From the NCBI GenBank assembly GCA_963796685.1, contig CAWCMR010000022.1, positions 32,001 to 96,000 of the forward strand: a stretch of 64,000 nt of DNA. The letters run 5' to 3'. Source of the stretch: an uncultured delta proteobacterium (GTDB lineage: Bacteria > Myxococcota_A > Polyangia > Fen-1088). Positions within the stretch are counted from its first letter, which is position 1, and each line of letters begins with the position of its first letter. The translations under genes were made by a program, and so were the position numbers. Shown piece after piece: positions 10,739 to 18,830 of the stretch. The notes below the pieces were generated by a model. It did no database searches. It saw only the letters and a program-made list of their open reading frames with translations, and was not told the origin of the DNA.

Positions 10739-11643
10739 CGAAGGATGCTCGCCAGCAAGGTGTCGAAGAGGCTGAACATGTCCTTCGCCGCCGGCACCGC
10801 CGTCACGTCCTGGGGCAGCACCACCCACGGGATCGACATCTTTTGTGCCACGCCTTGCGGGGTTTTCTGCTCGTGGTAAGGGTCGGTGATGATCTTGTAG
10901 ACGGTACCGGGGGGGTTGGACTGGATCAGATCCTCGATATGTCGACTGGTCGGCGGAATACCGGGCTTCGGCTCAAGCTCGCCGACGATCTTCATTCCCG
11001 TGCGTAGCACGAAGTAATCGAACAGTCGGTGGTACTGGATGACGGCTTTGCCCCGCAAGGGCACGGCCTCCTTGTCCCATTCCGCGGACTTCACCTTCCA
11101 GCGCGTCAGGAAGTCGTCGAGGTTTTTCTGGTAGATGCCCGCGCCGCTACGGTCGACGCGGCCGAGCGCATCGGAGATGAAGCGCGCCAGGTTCGGGACG
11201 TTGTGCCAGTCGAGGATGAAGTGCGGGTTGCCTTCGGGATGGATGTCGCCCTCCGAGCGGCTGACCTTGTCGGGTTTCTCGATCAAGGTGACGGCCTGGG
11301 ATAGGTCGACCAGGCCCTCGGCCCCCGGCATGATCTTCGGGTTGTTGGCCTGGCGGATGAGCGGCGGTACGAATCCGATCTCCAGCGAGGCGCCGTTGAT
11401 GATCAGAAGATCCGCCTGGCGTAGTTTCCCGATGAACGAGGGGCGTGGCACCACGAAGTGCGGATCCTCGTCGCCCTTGGCCAGGGTGCTGACGTCGGCT
11501 CGATCCTTGGCGATTTCCCCGACCAAGGAGGCGATGTACGGATAGGTGACCACGACCTTGACTTTGGCTTGTGCAGGGCTGGCAAACGCAGAGCTGATCG
11601 CGGTGGCGATCAGAAGATGGATCATCGTGAGTTTCATGAACAC
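10735..11643 (-). CDS. Zn/Mn ABC transporter substrate-binding protein (ZnuA/TroA-like)
   Basis: Signal peptide; DPHFV, GDIHPEGNPH, YH, EPKPGIPPT. Confidence 0.9.
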   Translation of the reverse strand: MFMKLTMIHLLIATAISSAFASPAQAKVKVVVTYPYIASLVGEIAKDRADVSTLAKGDEDPHFVVPRPSFIGKLRQADLLIINGASLEIGFVPPLIRQANNPKIMPGAEGLVDLSQAVTLIEKPDKVSRSEGDIHPEGNPHFILDWHNVPNLARFISDALGRVDRSGAGIYQKNLDDFLTRWKVKSAEWDKEAVPLRGKAVIQYHRLFDYFVLRTGMKIVGELEPKPGIPPTSRHIEDLIQSNPPGTVYKIITDPYHEQKTPQGVAQKMSIPWVVLPQDVTAVPAAKDMFSLFDTLLASILR

Positions 11644-11673
11644 TTCTCCTATTCAAGCAGCGGCGTGGCGGGT

Positions 11674-13119
11674 CTAGAACGAGTGCGCCCCGTGGGGGCC
11701 TACGGCGATGTTCATTTGGAGCAGGACTTCGTGAACGTCCTTGCGAGCCCCGTCCAAGAAGCGGGATCGGTCGTAATCGTATTGAAGCCGGAATCTGGAA
11801 AACTCGGTCGGGCTGTATTCCAGCATGGTGGTGTAGCGCTGGAGCATGTTGTCGAGCGACTGCTTCGCGCCATCAATGGTGTACGAATTCTGATCGAGCA
11901 GGTCGAAGCGAGCCCCCACACGCCAGCGCCCCGGTTCGTCGAACCGCCAGATGAGCTGGCTGTAGAAGCCCCCCTGTTTCTTGTCGGCCGAGTGCACGAG
12001 CCCGTCCGAGGCCAGGGCGAGATCCCCGGACGACAGCAACCCCATGTATTCGCTCAGCCAGGTGAGGCTCCGGTACGAGCTGATGAGGTACTTGTAGGTC
12101 AATTCTCCGTTGTAGAGAATCGTGCCCGGCGCGCTGAACGCCATATCGGTGGGCAGGTTCTGGATGCGCGTCTCGGTGGAGTGTCCGTACATGACCGACC
12201 CACCGAGCAGGAAGACGTTGTCGCCGAAATCGAACGAGGTCTTGAGCGAACCGACGACCATGGCCGGAACGAACGGTGCCTTGGACGAGAGAACTGTCCC
12301 GTTTTGCGCGGTCAGATCGTAGGCCGTGGCGTTGTAGAGCGGCGATTCATCGTTGACCCCTTGAAAGACCTCGACGTCGGCCTGCAGCAGAAAATCGACG
12401 GGCGCGGTCCAGGACAACCTGATCCCGGGGTTCTTCCACCCCTCTTCACCCATGTAGGCCTCATAGACCAGAGGCTGGTCGTAGAAGTCCCACTGGTGCT
12501 GGTGCATGCCATTGAGCCGGCCGAACGCGGAGAAAAACTTACCCATGCGCAATTGAAATCCGAATGGCAACTGGCGCGTGTCGACGTAGGTCTCCTCGAT
12601 GTCGAACCCGCTCGGGGTGAAGGTGACGACGCTGAAGAAATCGAAGTAGGGATCGACCGCGATGGAAAAGGCCAATTCGAGGTAGTTGAAGTCGATCCCG
12701 CGCAACTTTCCGGTGCGGTCCGATTGGGCGATGAATCCCGGAACCGTGAGGGTCTCGGCGGTTGCGTCGCTGAGGTTCGTGCCCACGAGGCCGAAGTCGG
12801 CGATCATGGAGAGATCGGGATTGAAGCGATTTTGGATGAAGGTCGCCGCGGTCGAGCGTGCCGATGGCACGGGAGTGCGCTCCGCTTCCGCGGCCTCCAA
12901 CGCCTCGATTCGGCGAAGAAGCTCCTCCTGGGAAGGCACCGGCTTCGAAGCGGCCGGCTTGCTCTGGGGCGTGGCTGGCTGCTTTTCCGTTGCGGCCGGT
13001 TTGTCTTCGACCGTGGCCGGTTCGACCGTCGTCGGGCTATCGGTTCCGCCAGGCGCTGGGGCAGCGCCTTCGGGCGACTGCGCGAACAGTAAGGCGGTGG
13101 TCAGGGCGAGATGAATCAT
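11674..13119 (-). CDS. Outer-membrane beta-barrel metal-uptake receptor/porin
   Basis: Signal peptide, low-complexity and coiled N-terminus, FNPDLS, VDPYF, FGRLNGMHQHQWDF, PTEFSRFRLQY, C-terminal GPHGAHSF; in operon with metal ABC genes. Confidence 0.82.
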   Translation of the reverse strand: MIHLALTTALLFAQSPEGAAPAPGGTDSPTTVEPATVEDKPAATEKQPATPQSKPAASKPVPSQEELLRRIEALEAAEAERTPVPSARSTAATFIQNRFNPDLSMIADFGLVGTNLSDATAETLTVPGFIAQSDRTGKLRGIDFNYLELAFSIAVDPYFDFFSVVTFTPSGFDIEETYVDTRQLPFGFQLRMGKFFSAFGRLNGMHQHQWDFYDQPLVYEAYMGEEGWKNPGIRLSWTAPVDFLLQADVEVFQGVNDESPLYNATAYDLTAQNGTVLSSKAPFVPAMVVGSLKTSFDFGDNVFLLGGSVMYGHSTETRIQNLPTDMAFSAPGTILYNGELTYKYLISSYRSLTWLSEYMGLLSSGDLALASDGLVHSADKKQGGFYSQLIWRFDEPGRWRVGARFDLLDQNSYTIDGAKQSLDNMLQRYTTMLEYSPTEFSRFRLQYDYDRSRFLDGARKDVHEVLLQMNIAVGPHGAHSF

Positions 13120-13150
13120 GAACGCGTCCTCCGTGGTCTTGGAAATCGAA

Positions 13151-13192
13151 CAGGAACGTCACTCCCATGGCGGGGGAGTCGTGACGTTCCTG
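13151..13192 (-). promoter_or_regulatory. Strong hairpin (attenuator/terminator-like) between leader ORF and receptor gene
   Basis: caggaacgtcac (13151-13162) is the exact reverse complement of gtgacgttcctg (13181-13192); inner actccc/gggagt pairing also possible; followed on the minus strand by ttcgattt. Confidence 0.55.
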
Positions 13193-13253
13193 CGACCGAA
13201 TCTTCCCCGTGGGCGGCTGGCGATGTGGGCGGCGCTCGTGGCCGCGACGACAA

Positions 13254-13688
13254 TCAAACCGCCGGGGGCGAGTTCTTGGGCGAAAGGACGATGAGGTCGA
13301 CCGTCGTGAACGGACCGGATTCGGACGAGAGAGGAATCGGGCGGGCAGCCTCGATACTCGAGGTGGCCTGGCGGGCAGGCGGGAGGAGGGCGAAGCGCTC
13401 GTGCGTGCTCGTGCAGATGAAGCAGTGGTCGTGGACACCCTCGGCCCTCGGCCCCGTCCCCTCGATGCAGGGGCGGCTGGAAGCATCTTCGGCATCATCG
13501 TCCGAGGGCAGCGCGTGCGAAGCTTCGTGCGGTTGCCCGGCGTGGATGATGTCGCCGTGCTCGGGGCATGTGACGTGGCGTACGACCATCAGGTGGCCAA
13601 GAGACAGGATCTGTGCGGCCAGCAACAGCAAGCCGGTGGCGTGCATGCCGGGCCCTCGTACCCGACCGCTGTTGCCTATTTTCCGCAT
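13254..13688 (-). CDS. Small exported His/Cys-rich protein, DUF2946-like putative leader/arrest peptide
   Basis: Hydrophobic N-terminal segment, HVTCPEHGDIIH, HDHCFIC, C-terminal LSPKNSPPAV; first gene of metal-uptake operon; alternative start 13647. Confidence 0.65.
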   Translation of the reverse strand: MRKIGNSGRVRGPGMHATGLLLLAAQILSLGHLMVVRHVTCPEHGDIIHAGQPHEASHALPSDDDAEDASSRPCIEGTGPRAEGVHDHCFICTSTHERFALLPPARQATSSIEAARPIPLSSESGPFTTVDLIVLSPKNSPPAV

Positions 13689-13695
13689 CGCAATG

Positions 13696-13724
13696 TTCTT
13701 AGGAGACGAATAGGGGTGTGTCAA
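13696..13724 (-). promoter_or_regulatory. Candidate sigma70 promoter (TTGACA-17 nt-TAAGAA)
   Basis: Perfect -35 at 13724-13719, imperfect -10 at 13701-13696, 7 nt before the ATG at 13688. Confidence 0.35.
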
Positions 13725-13975
13725 GGCGGCACGGACGGACACCGGGGTGATTCCATCGAGCTCGGGCGGGCAGCCGTTCTGGCAGAGCCCAGACGCAAAA
13801 CTCGGGAATGTCCGCGCACGCAGCTAGCCTAATCCAGTCTCTATACGGTATCGTTTTTAGACTTGAATTCAGACCTGTATGCGCCCGCCAGTTCCCGACA
13901 GAAGATGTGAGTCGGTAATAGGAGGTAACCTGCCCGGCCACACCCGCCGATAGTAGCGACCTCGTGCAAATGGGC

Positions 13976-14830
13976 TCACTTCCTGGTCGCTTCGTAGGCT
14001 TCTTCGAGAACGTCCAGCACGGCGTCGGTGGTCATGTCGTAGACGTAGGGACGGCCGTCGATGAACAGGCTGGGCGTGGCCTCGACCTTGTTGCGCAATC
14101 CCTCCTGCTTCGATTCCACCAGCGCGTCGCGCGTCTTGGGGTCGGCGAGCTCGCGTTCGAAGGCGGCGCGATCCATCCCCACGCTCGCAGCCCACTCCGG
14201 AAGCACGGCCGGCGAGAAGCTGTCGAAGCGTTTGTAGATCAGCAGGGTCATCGGCCAGAGATGGCCGAGCTTGGCCGCGCTCATCTCGGCCAGCCCGCCC
14301 TCGGTCGATCCCGGGTGACTCTTCAAGGGAAAGGGGCGCAGGTAGAGGCGCACCTTGCCGGCCAGCGGTCCGTCGGTGACGGCGGCGTACAGTGCCGGGA
14401 CCATGACCTTGCAGAAGGGGCAGCGCGTACACGCAAAGACCACGGCGGCGACAGGGGCAGTCGCCGAGCCCGCCCGGAAGGCATCGTCCAGCGTCAGCGA
14501 TGCCCGCGGGCCGGTGGGCAGCACGGACTGGGCGCGCCGTGACAGGGCATTCTCGATTTCCTTTGCGGTCTTGCCGGCCTTCACCTGGCGGCAGATGTCG
14601 GCGGCCAGGCGCGACACCACGGGCTTGGGCGGCTTGGCCGCGAGGCAACGCGCGAAGGTCTCGTCGCAGCCATCGTAAGGATGCAAGGTCGCGAAGAGGG
14701 ATTGCACCAGGGCTTTCTTGTCCGCGGGCAGGCTGTTGCAGGCGGCGCAGCCCTGGGCCCGGCTGGTTCGGCCAAGACCGACGAGCGCGACAGCGACGAT
14801 CAGCAACGAGAAGAGCGAGTGCTTTTTCAT
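13976..14830 (-). CDS. Exported DsbA/thioredoxin-fold protein
   Basis: Signal peptide; CPFC active site, RPFPLKSH, cis-Pro motif ATPSLFIDG; extra Cys-rich N-terminal domain (CAAC, GCDETFARC). Confidence 0.85.
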   Translation of the reverse strand: MKKHSLFSLLIVAVALVGLGRTSRAQGCAACNSLPADKKALVQSLFATLHPYDGCDETFARCLAAKPPKPVVSRLAADICRQVKAGKTAKEIENALSRRAQSVLPTGPRASLTLDDAFRAGSATAPVAAVVFACTRCPFCKVMVPALYAAVTDGPLAGKVRLYLRPFPLKSHPGSTEGGLAEMSAAKLGHLWPMTLLIYKRFDSFSPAVLPEWAASVGMDRAAFERELADPKTRDALVESKQEGLRNKVEATPSLFIDGRPYVYDMTTDAVLDVLEEAYEATRK

Positions 14831-15324
14831 GATGGCTCCTGGCCGACGGCTTTCTTGCGTCGGCCGAACAGGCGATCCAGCCCCAGCGGACTGCGATCGA
14901 GGATGAAGATATAGACGGCAAGCAGCAGCCAGCTGGCGTCGCGCACGATGGTCTGCCACGAGATGGGATCCTCGGCAGAGCCCTGCGACGCGAAGCAGCC
15001 GCAGGACATGTCGAGGCCCTTGGCCACGGCGCTGGCGATGGCCACCGTGAACATGGCCAGCATGCCCATCGCCAGCAGTGCAGCGGCCCGGGTGCGAAAT
15101 CCCAGAATGAGCATCAGCGCCGCGGCCAGCTCTACCCAGGGCAGCACGATGGCCAGCAGGTTCACCAGGCCGAGCGGCAGGATCTGGTAGGTCGCGATGT
15201 CGAGCGCGAAGGCCGACGGTTCCAGGATCTTGTGCGGGCAGGCCAGGAGAAAAATGGCTCCGAGATACAGACGCGCGCCGAGGGCGAGCACGCCATGACC
15301 GCGCCAGTCGAGAAAGGCTCTCAT
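14827..15324 (-). CDS. MauE/DoxX-family redox membrane protein
   Basis: ARLYLGAIFL, LPWVEL, GLDMSCGCF, TIVRD; four hydrophobic segments. Confidence 0.88.
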   Translation of the reverse strand: MRAFLDWRGHGVLALGARLYLGAIFLLACPHKILEPSAFALDIATYQILPLGLVNLLAIVLPWVELAAALMLILGFRTRAAALLAMGMLAMFTVAIASAVAKGLDMSCGCFASQGSAEDPISWQTIVRDASWLLLAVYIFILDRSPLGLDRLFGRRKKAVGQEPS

Positions 15325-15828
15325 CGCGCACCTCGCATGGCCGCGGCCTTTTCCAACTGCGGCGCCCCGCCCGCGACGAAGCGCACGTTGCGGATCCCTT
15401 TGCCCGCGATCTCGCGTGCGAGCTGCTCGCCCGAGTCGGGTGCGCCGCCGTCGCCGAACACCACGACTCTAGCGGCTCCGGAGGATGCAATTCGATGCAC
15501 CAACCCGGGCGCGGTCGGCTCCAAATAGTCGTAGGGGACGGCCAGCGCGTTCGGTGGATGCCACCTTTGGTGCTCGACGGTCGAGCGCGCATCGACCAGC
15601 AAGGTGCGGGCATCCCACACCGACGGATCGTCGGCGGCGATGGCCTGCGCGTCGCCCGAGCCCTCGGGACAGGGAACGAGGATTCTGATACTCGGATCGT
15701 TGCACGAACGCGATTCTGTCGGGGCGAAGGGCGTTGGTCACCACGCCTACCGCCGAGCATGCGGCCAGGACGACGAGGGCGTCGCGCGCAGCCGTGCGCA
15801 ACGCGTGGGGCCTCGTGGCGCGAACCAT
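15321..15828 (-). CDS. Membrane-anchored rhodanese-like domain protein (apparent +1 frameshift at ~15683)
   Basis: N-terminal TM then LLVDARS, HPPNALAVPY, VVVFGDGG, GIRNVRFVAGG; removing one base gives EYQILVPCPEG and a 168-aa ORF. Confidence 0.75.
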
Positions 15829-15836
15829 CGCCGTCT

Positions 15837-16517
15837 CTAGTCCCGGCACGCCGCGCTCCTTTGCACGTCTTCGCCCTGGCGCAAGAGATCTTGCACCCGC
15901 TCTCCCAGCTCGCCGCCGCCGAGCCCGTAGTCGAGGGCCACGTGCTCGAACGGCGAGGCAGCGGCGGGGAGCCAGGGATCGGCGGTGAAGGTCCAGATCA
16001 GCCTGCACAGCAGGCGATGGTCCGTGTAGGCGTAGGGATGGGCCGTGCTGTCGCGCGAGGAGAGCTCGTAGAAGACACCAACCTTCAGCTGATCGATGAG
16101 CGGTGGCAGGAAAGCACTGGCCGACACCTTGAGCAGGATATCGCGGCGGTTCGTGGTGTACGCCGCCGAGTCGAAATAGCCCGCCGAGCGCGGATAGAGA
16201 TCGGCGCTGGTCAAGAGGCTGGGCGGAAGGCTGCAGCTCTCGCGGTGAAGCTCGGCGGCCGCAGCGATGGTGCGCAGGGCCCAGAAATCGTTGCCGTCAT
16301 CGAGATAGGCACGTGCCAGCAGGAGGCGCAAGGTCTCGGACATGGGATTGCGCTCGATGGCTCGCTTGAAAAGGGGAATGGCCTGCGCGCCCTGGCCGTG
16401 GGCCAGCAACGCGCGAGCCTGGTTTCCAACAGGCTCATCCGGCGCGACTTGCCCTCGCGCACGCGATCCCGCAAGTAGGCCGATCGTCATCACCAGAACG
16501 TAACCCCGCTGCTTCAT
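15837..16517 (-). CDS. TPR protein with a few C-terminal beta strands; probably internally deleted
   Basis: Signal peptide, TPR-like AIPLFKRAIERNP..LARAYL, abrupt switch to barrel-like strands (VGVFYELSSRDST..YTDHRLL). Confidence 0.5.
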   Translation of the reverse strand: MKQRGYVLVMTIGLLAGSRARGQVAPDEPVGNQARALLAHGQGAQAIPLFKRAIERNPMSETLRLLLARAYLDDGNDFWALRTIAAAAELHRESCSLPPSLLTSADLYPRSAGYFDSAAYTTNRRDILLKVSASAFLPPLIDQLKVGVFYELSSRDSTAHPYAYTDHRLLCRLIWTFTADPWLPAAASPFEHVALDYGLGGGELGERVQDLLRQGEDVQRSAACRD

Positions 16518-16867
16518 GGCGCATTCCCGATGGCGCCCTCGCTCGTCTCGCTTGCACGCGCGTCTACCGTGGTCATGGCGTCGAGCACCGCCGACGCCTC
16601 GGGTGTGGTCGACGCATCGGATGGCGAGGGCGCATCCGGCGTACTGGAAGCGTCCCGCGAAACACACACGCCGCTCGCCCCGCAGATTTGCGGCGCCGGG
16701 CAGTCGAGGCTCTGGTAGCAACGCCCTTTCACGCAGCCGACCGAAAGGCACAGGGCCATCGCCGACAGCCAGGGACGCACACGGTGCGGGTTGTATAGCT
16801 CGGGCGCTGCCGAGCTCCAGAGCGCGGTCACCCGTTTCCGCCGTTCCGTGGGAGCACGCGTGTTCAT
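16514..16867 (-). CDS. Short lipoprotein (Cys-rich motif plus stalk, no catalytic domain)
   Basis: RBS gggag; lipobox LSVGC; CYQSLDCPAPQICGASGVC; DA-rich linker; ATGA overlap with next gene. Confidence 0.5.
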   Translation of the reverse strand: MNTRAPTERRKRVTALWSSAAPELYNPHRVRPWLSAMALCLSVGCVKGRCYQSLDCPAPQICGASGVCVSRDASSTPDAPSPSDASTTPEASAVLDAMTTVDARASETSEGAIGNAP

Positions 16868-16986
16868 CGTCAATTCTCCCTCGCAAGCAATAGTGAACAT
16901 TGGTGCACTACCGGTCAAGTGGAGACTCGGGCTGGGTCCGGTGCCGGGATGAGCGGACCCGTGCTGGTGCGACCAGCGGTGCCGGA

Positions 16987-18462
16987 TCAGTGTCCGTAGC
17001 CCGCGGCGACGATGTTGGCCTGGACGGCTTCGTCGGTCGCGGTCGATGAGGCACCGGAGGTCATGCACCCTTCGAAGAAGTTGCCCTGCGCGCTGTTGCT
17101 GTTGTCGCCGCCGATCCCCAGGATGATGGCCCCCTCCTTCTTCATGGGATTGTAGCCGGTGGTGGCGGGGCGCGAACCATCGTACAAGGTCGTCAGCGCA
17201 CCCGACTGCGAATTGCCGCTCTTGATTGCAAAGCTCCCGGATCTGCCCGTCACCATGGCCGTAACATAGGTGGAGGTCTGAGGCGTGTTGGTGGAGGTGG
17301 GCCCGAAGTCCTTGCCAGCAAAAAGACCGTTCTCGAGGTCCGCCATCACCCAGGGGCCCGTACCCGTGCCCTTGCCCCACCCCGTGCAGTTGCCGAAGTA
17401 GATGGCTTCCATGGTGCCGTTGCCGTTGTCCAGGTTGTTGGTCTCCGCGTTGCCGTAGTCGAAGCAGCACTGGTTGTTGTAGTAGTTGCCGCTGGTCACC
17501 ATGTACATGGACTCCGGCTCGTCCTTGACCGCGATGCCCGACGTCTTGTCGTTGCGATAGCCGACGCCGGCAGGAATGTGGACCCCGTACACCGTGTGGC
17601 CGCCCACGGTCAACTTGAGAGCGGTCGCGCTCGCTTCGTTATCGGGTGTGTTCTTGGCCCCGCCCGCGGGCGCCTTGGTGAGGTGGTTGCCCTTCCCGGA
17701 CTGGTCATAGATGATGGAGATGGTGCACGTCGTGCCGGAACAGAACGCGTCCTGCGCGGCCGAGTCGGCGAAACCTCCGGGGCCTAGGACTGCGATGTCC
17801 TTGGTGGTGCCGTCCGCCTTCTTGACCTGGTACAGGTTTCCGCTGTACGCGGCGGCAAGGGCCCTGATCGTACTGTGGGCTGCGACACACGGGGTGTTGC
17901 CGGCCGCGTAGATATCGCAAGGCCCGGTGACGGCGGTTGTCGAGCCGTCCGAACCGGCGTTTCCTCCCGAACCGCCCTGGCCACCCGTGGCGTCTGAGCC
18001 TCCGGTGGGCGCGTCCCGGACCGCGGCATCGGGTCTGGCGTCGCCGGGCGTCGCAGCATCCACGCGACTGCTGCCTCCGGAGCCGGCGTTTCCTCCCGAG
18101 CCGCCGCGGCCGGCAGAGCCACCGCCCGAGCCGATGCTGGTGCTGCCCCCGCCGCCGACGGTTCCGGCCGTGCCACCAGCGCCAGCACCGCCGCGCCCGG
18201 TAACCGCGCCACCAGTTTCCGTTGCCGAGCCTCCGCTCGAGGAAACCGCTCCGCCCGATGCCGTGGCACCAGCGCCGCCGGCCATTCCTCCCTGGGCTCC
18301 GGTGGAGCTTCCACCCTGCGAAGGCCCGACTCCACCCCCGCCGCCGGTTCCGCCCGAAGCCCCTCCGCGGCCCGACTCGATCGAGGGCGCCGGCGTGCTC
18401 GAGCAGGACGCGATCGCGGCCGCAAGACTCAGGACGAGGGCCACCAGAGAGGGATTCTTCAT
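16987..18462 (-). CDS. GH54 alpha-L-arabinofuranosidase B catalytic domain lipoprotein
   Basis: Lipobox IASC; Gly/Ser/Thr stalk; GPCDIY, PCVAAHS, IYDQSG, CCFDYGNAE, MEAIYFG, ADLENG, GGDNS. Confidence 0.92.
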   Translation of the reverse strand: MKNPSLVALVLSLAAAIASCSSTPAPSIESGRGGASGGTGGGGGVGPSQGGSSTGAQGGMAGGAGATASGGAVSSSGGSATETGGAVTGRGGAGAGGTAGTVGGGGSTSIGSGGGSAGRGGSGGNAGSGGSSRVDAATPGDARPDAAVRDAPTGGSDATGGQGGSGGNAGSDGSTTAVTGPCDIYAAGNTPCVAAHSTIRALAAAYSGNLYQVKKADGTTKDIAVLGPGGFADSAAQDAFCSGTTCTISIIYDQSGKGNHLTKAPAGGAKNTPDNEASATALKLTVGGHTVYGVHIPAGVGYRNDKTSGIAVKDEPESMYMVTSGNYYNNQCCFDYGNAETNNLDNGNGTMEAIYFGNCTGWGKGTGTGPWVMADLENGLFAGKDFGPTSTNTPQTSTYVTAMVTGRSGSFAIKSGNSQSGALTTLYDGSRPATTGYNPMKKEGAIILGIGGDNSNSAQGNFFEGCMTSGASSTATDEAVQANIVAAGYGH

Positions 18463-18572
18463 GCGCGTGTCTCCTTTTTGTCAGCCGGCTCGAATGAGGT
18501 GTCTTCCAAAGGGTAGTGGCGCCAGAATCGCATCTGGCTCGAAGATGGTGCAAGACAATCCACCCCTCGGGG

Positions 18573-18797
18573 CTACTCCGGCTTGAGCTCGCGATTCGGG
18601 TACAGGCTCTTGAAGAGCTGGACCAGCTTGCTGTGCCTGACCGGGTTGGTCTTGGGCAGCAAGGAGTTGCAGCCGGCGCAGAGATAGATCAGCTCCACCC
18701 CGGGCGTGCCGTTCACGAGCGTGTACGAGAAGCGGATGATGGTCGGCTTCTCGTCGCTTTCGGTGCCGCACACCTCGCAGCGGAAGGTATTCGACAT
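18573..18797 (-). CDS. Small Zn-ribbon protein
   Basis: 74 aa with CEVC and CAGC; GC-biased codon use. Confidence 0.6.
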   Translation of the reverse strand: MSNTFRCEVCGTESDEKPTIIRFSYTLVNGTPGVELIYLCAGCNSLLPKTNPVRHSKLVQLFKSLYPNRELKPE

Positions 18798-18830
18798 GCG
18801 CGCCTGCCCAGTCGCCTGACCGGCGACGTG

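Noticed and set aside
13830-13935. AT-richer intergenic stretch with an anti-SD-like ttacctcct (minus strand) as a possible ncRNA or rRNA fragment
   Set aside because: No recognisable RNA family or convincing structure
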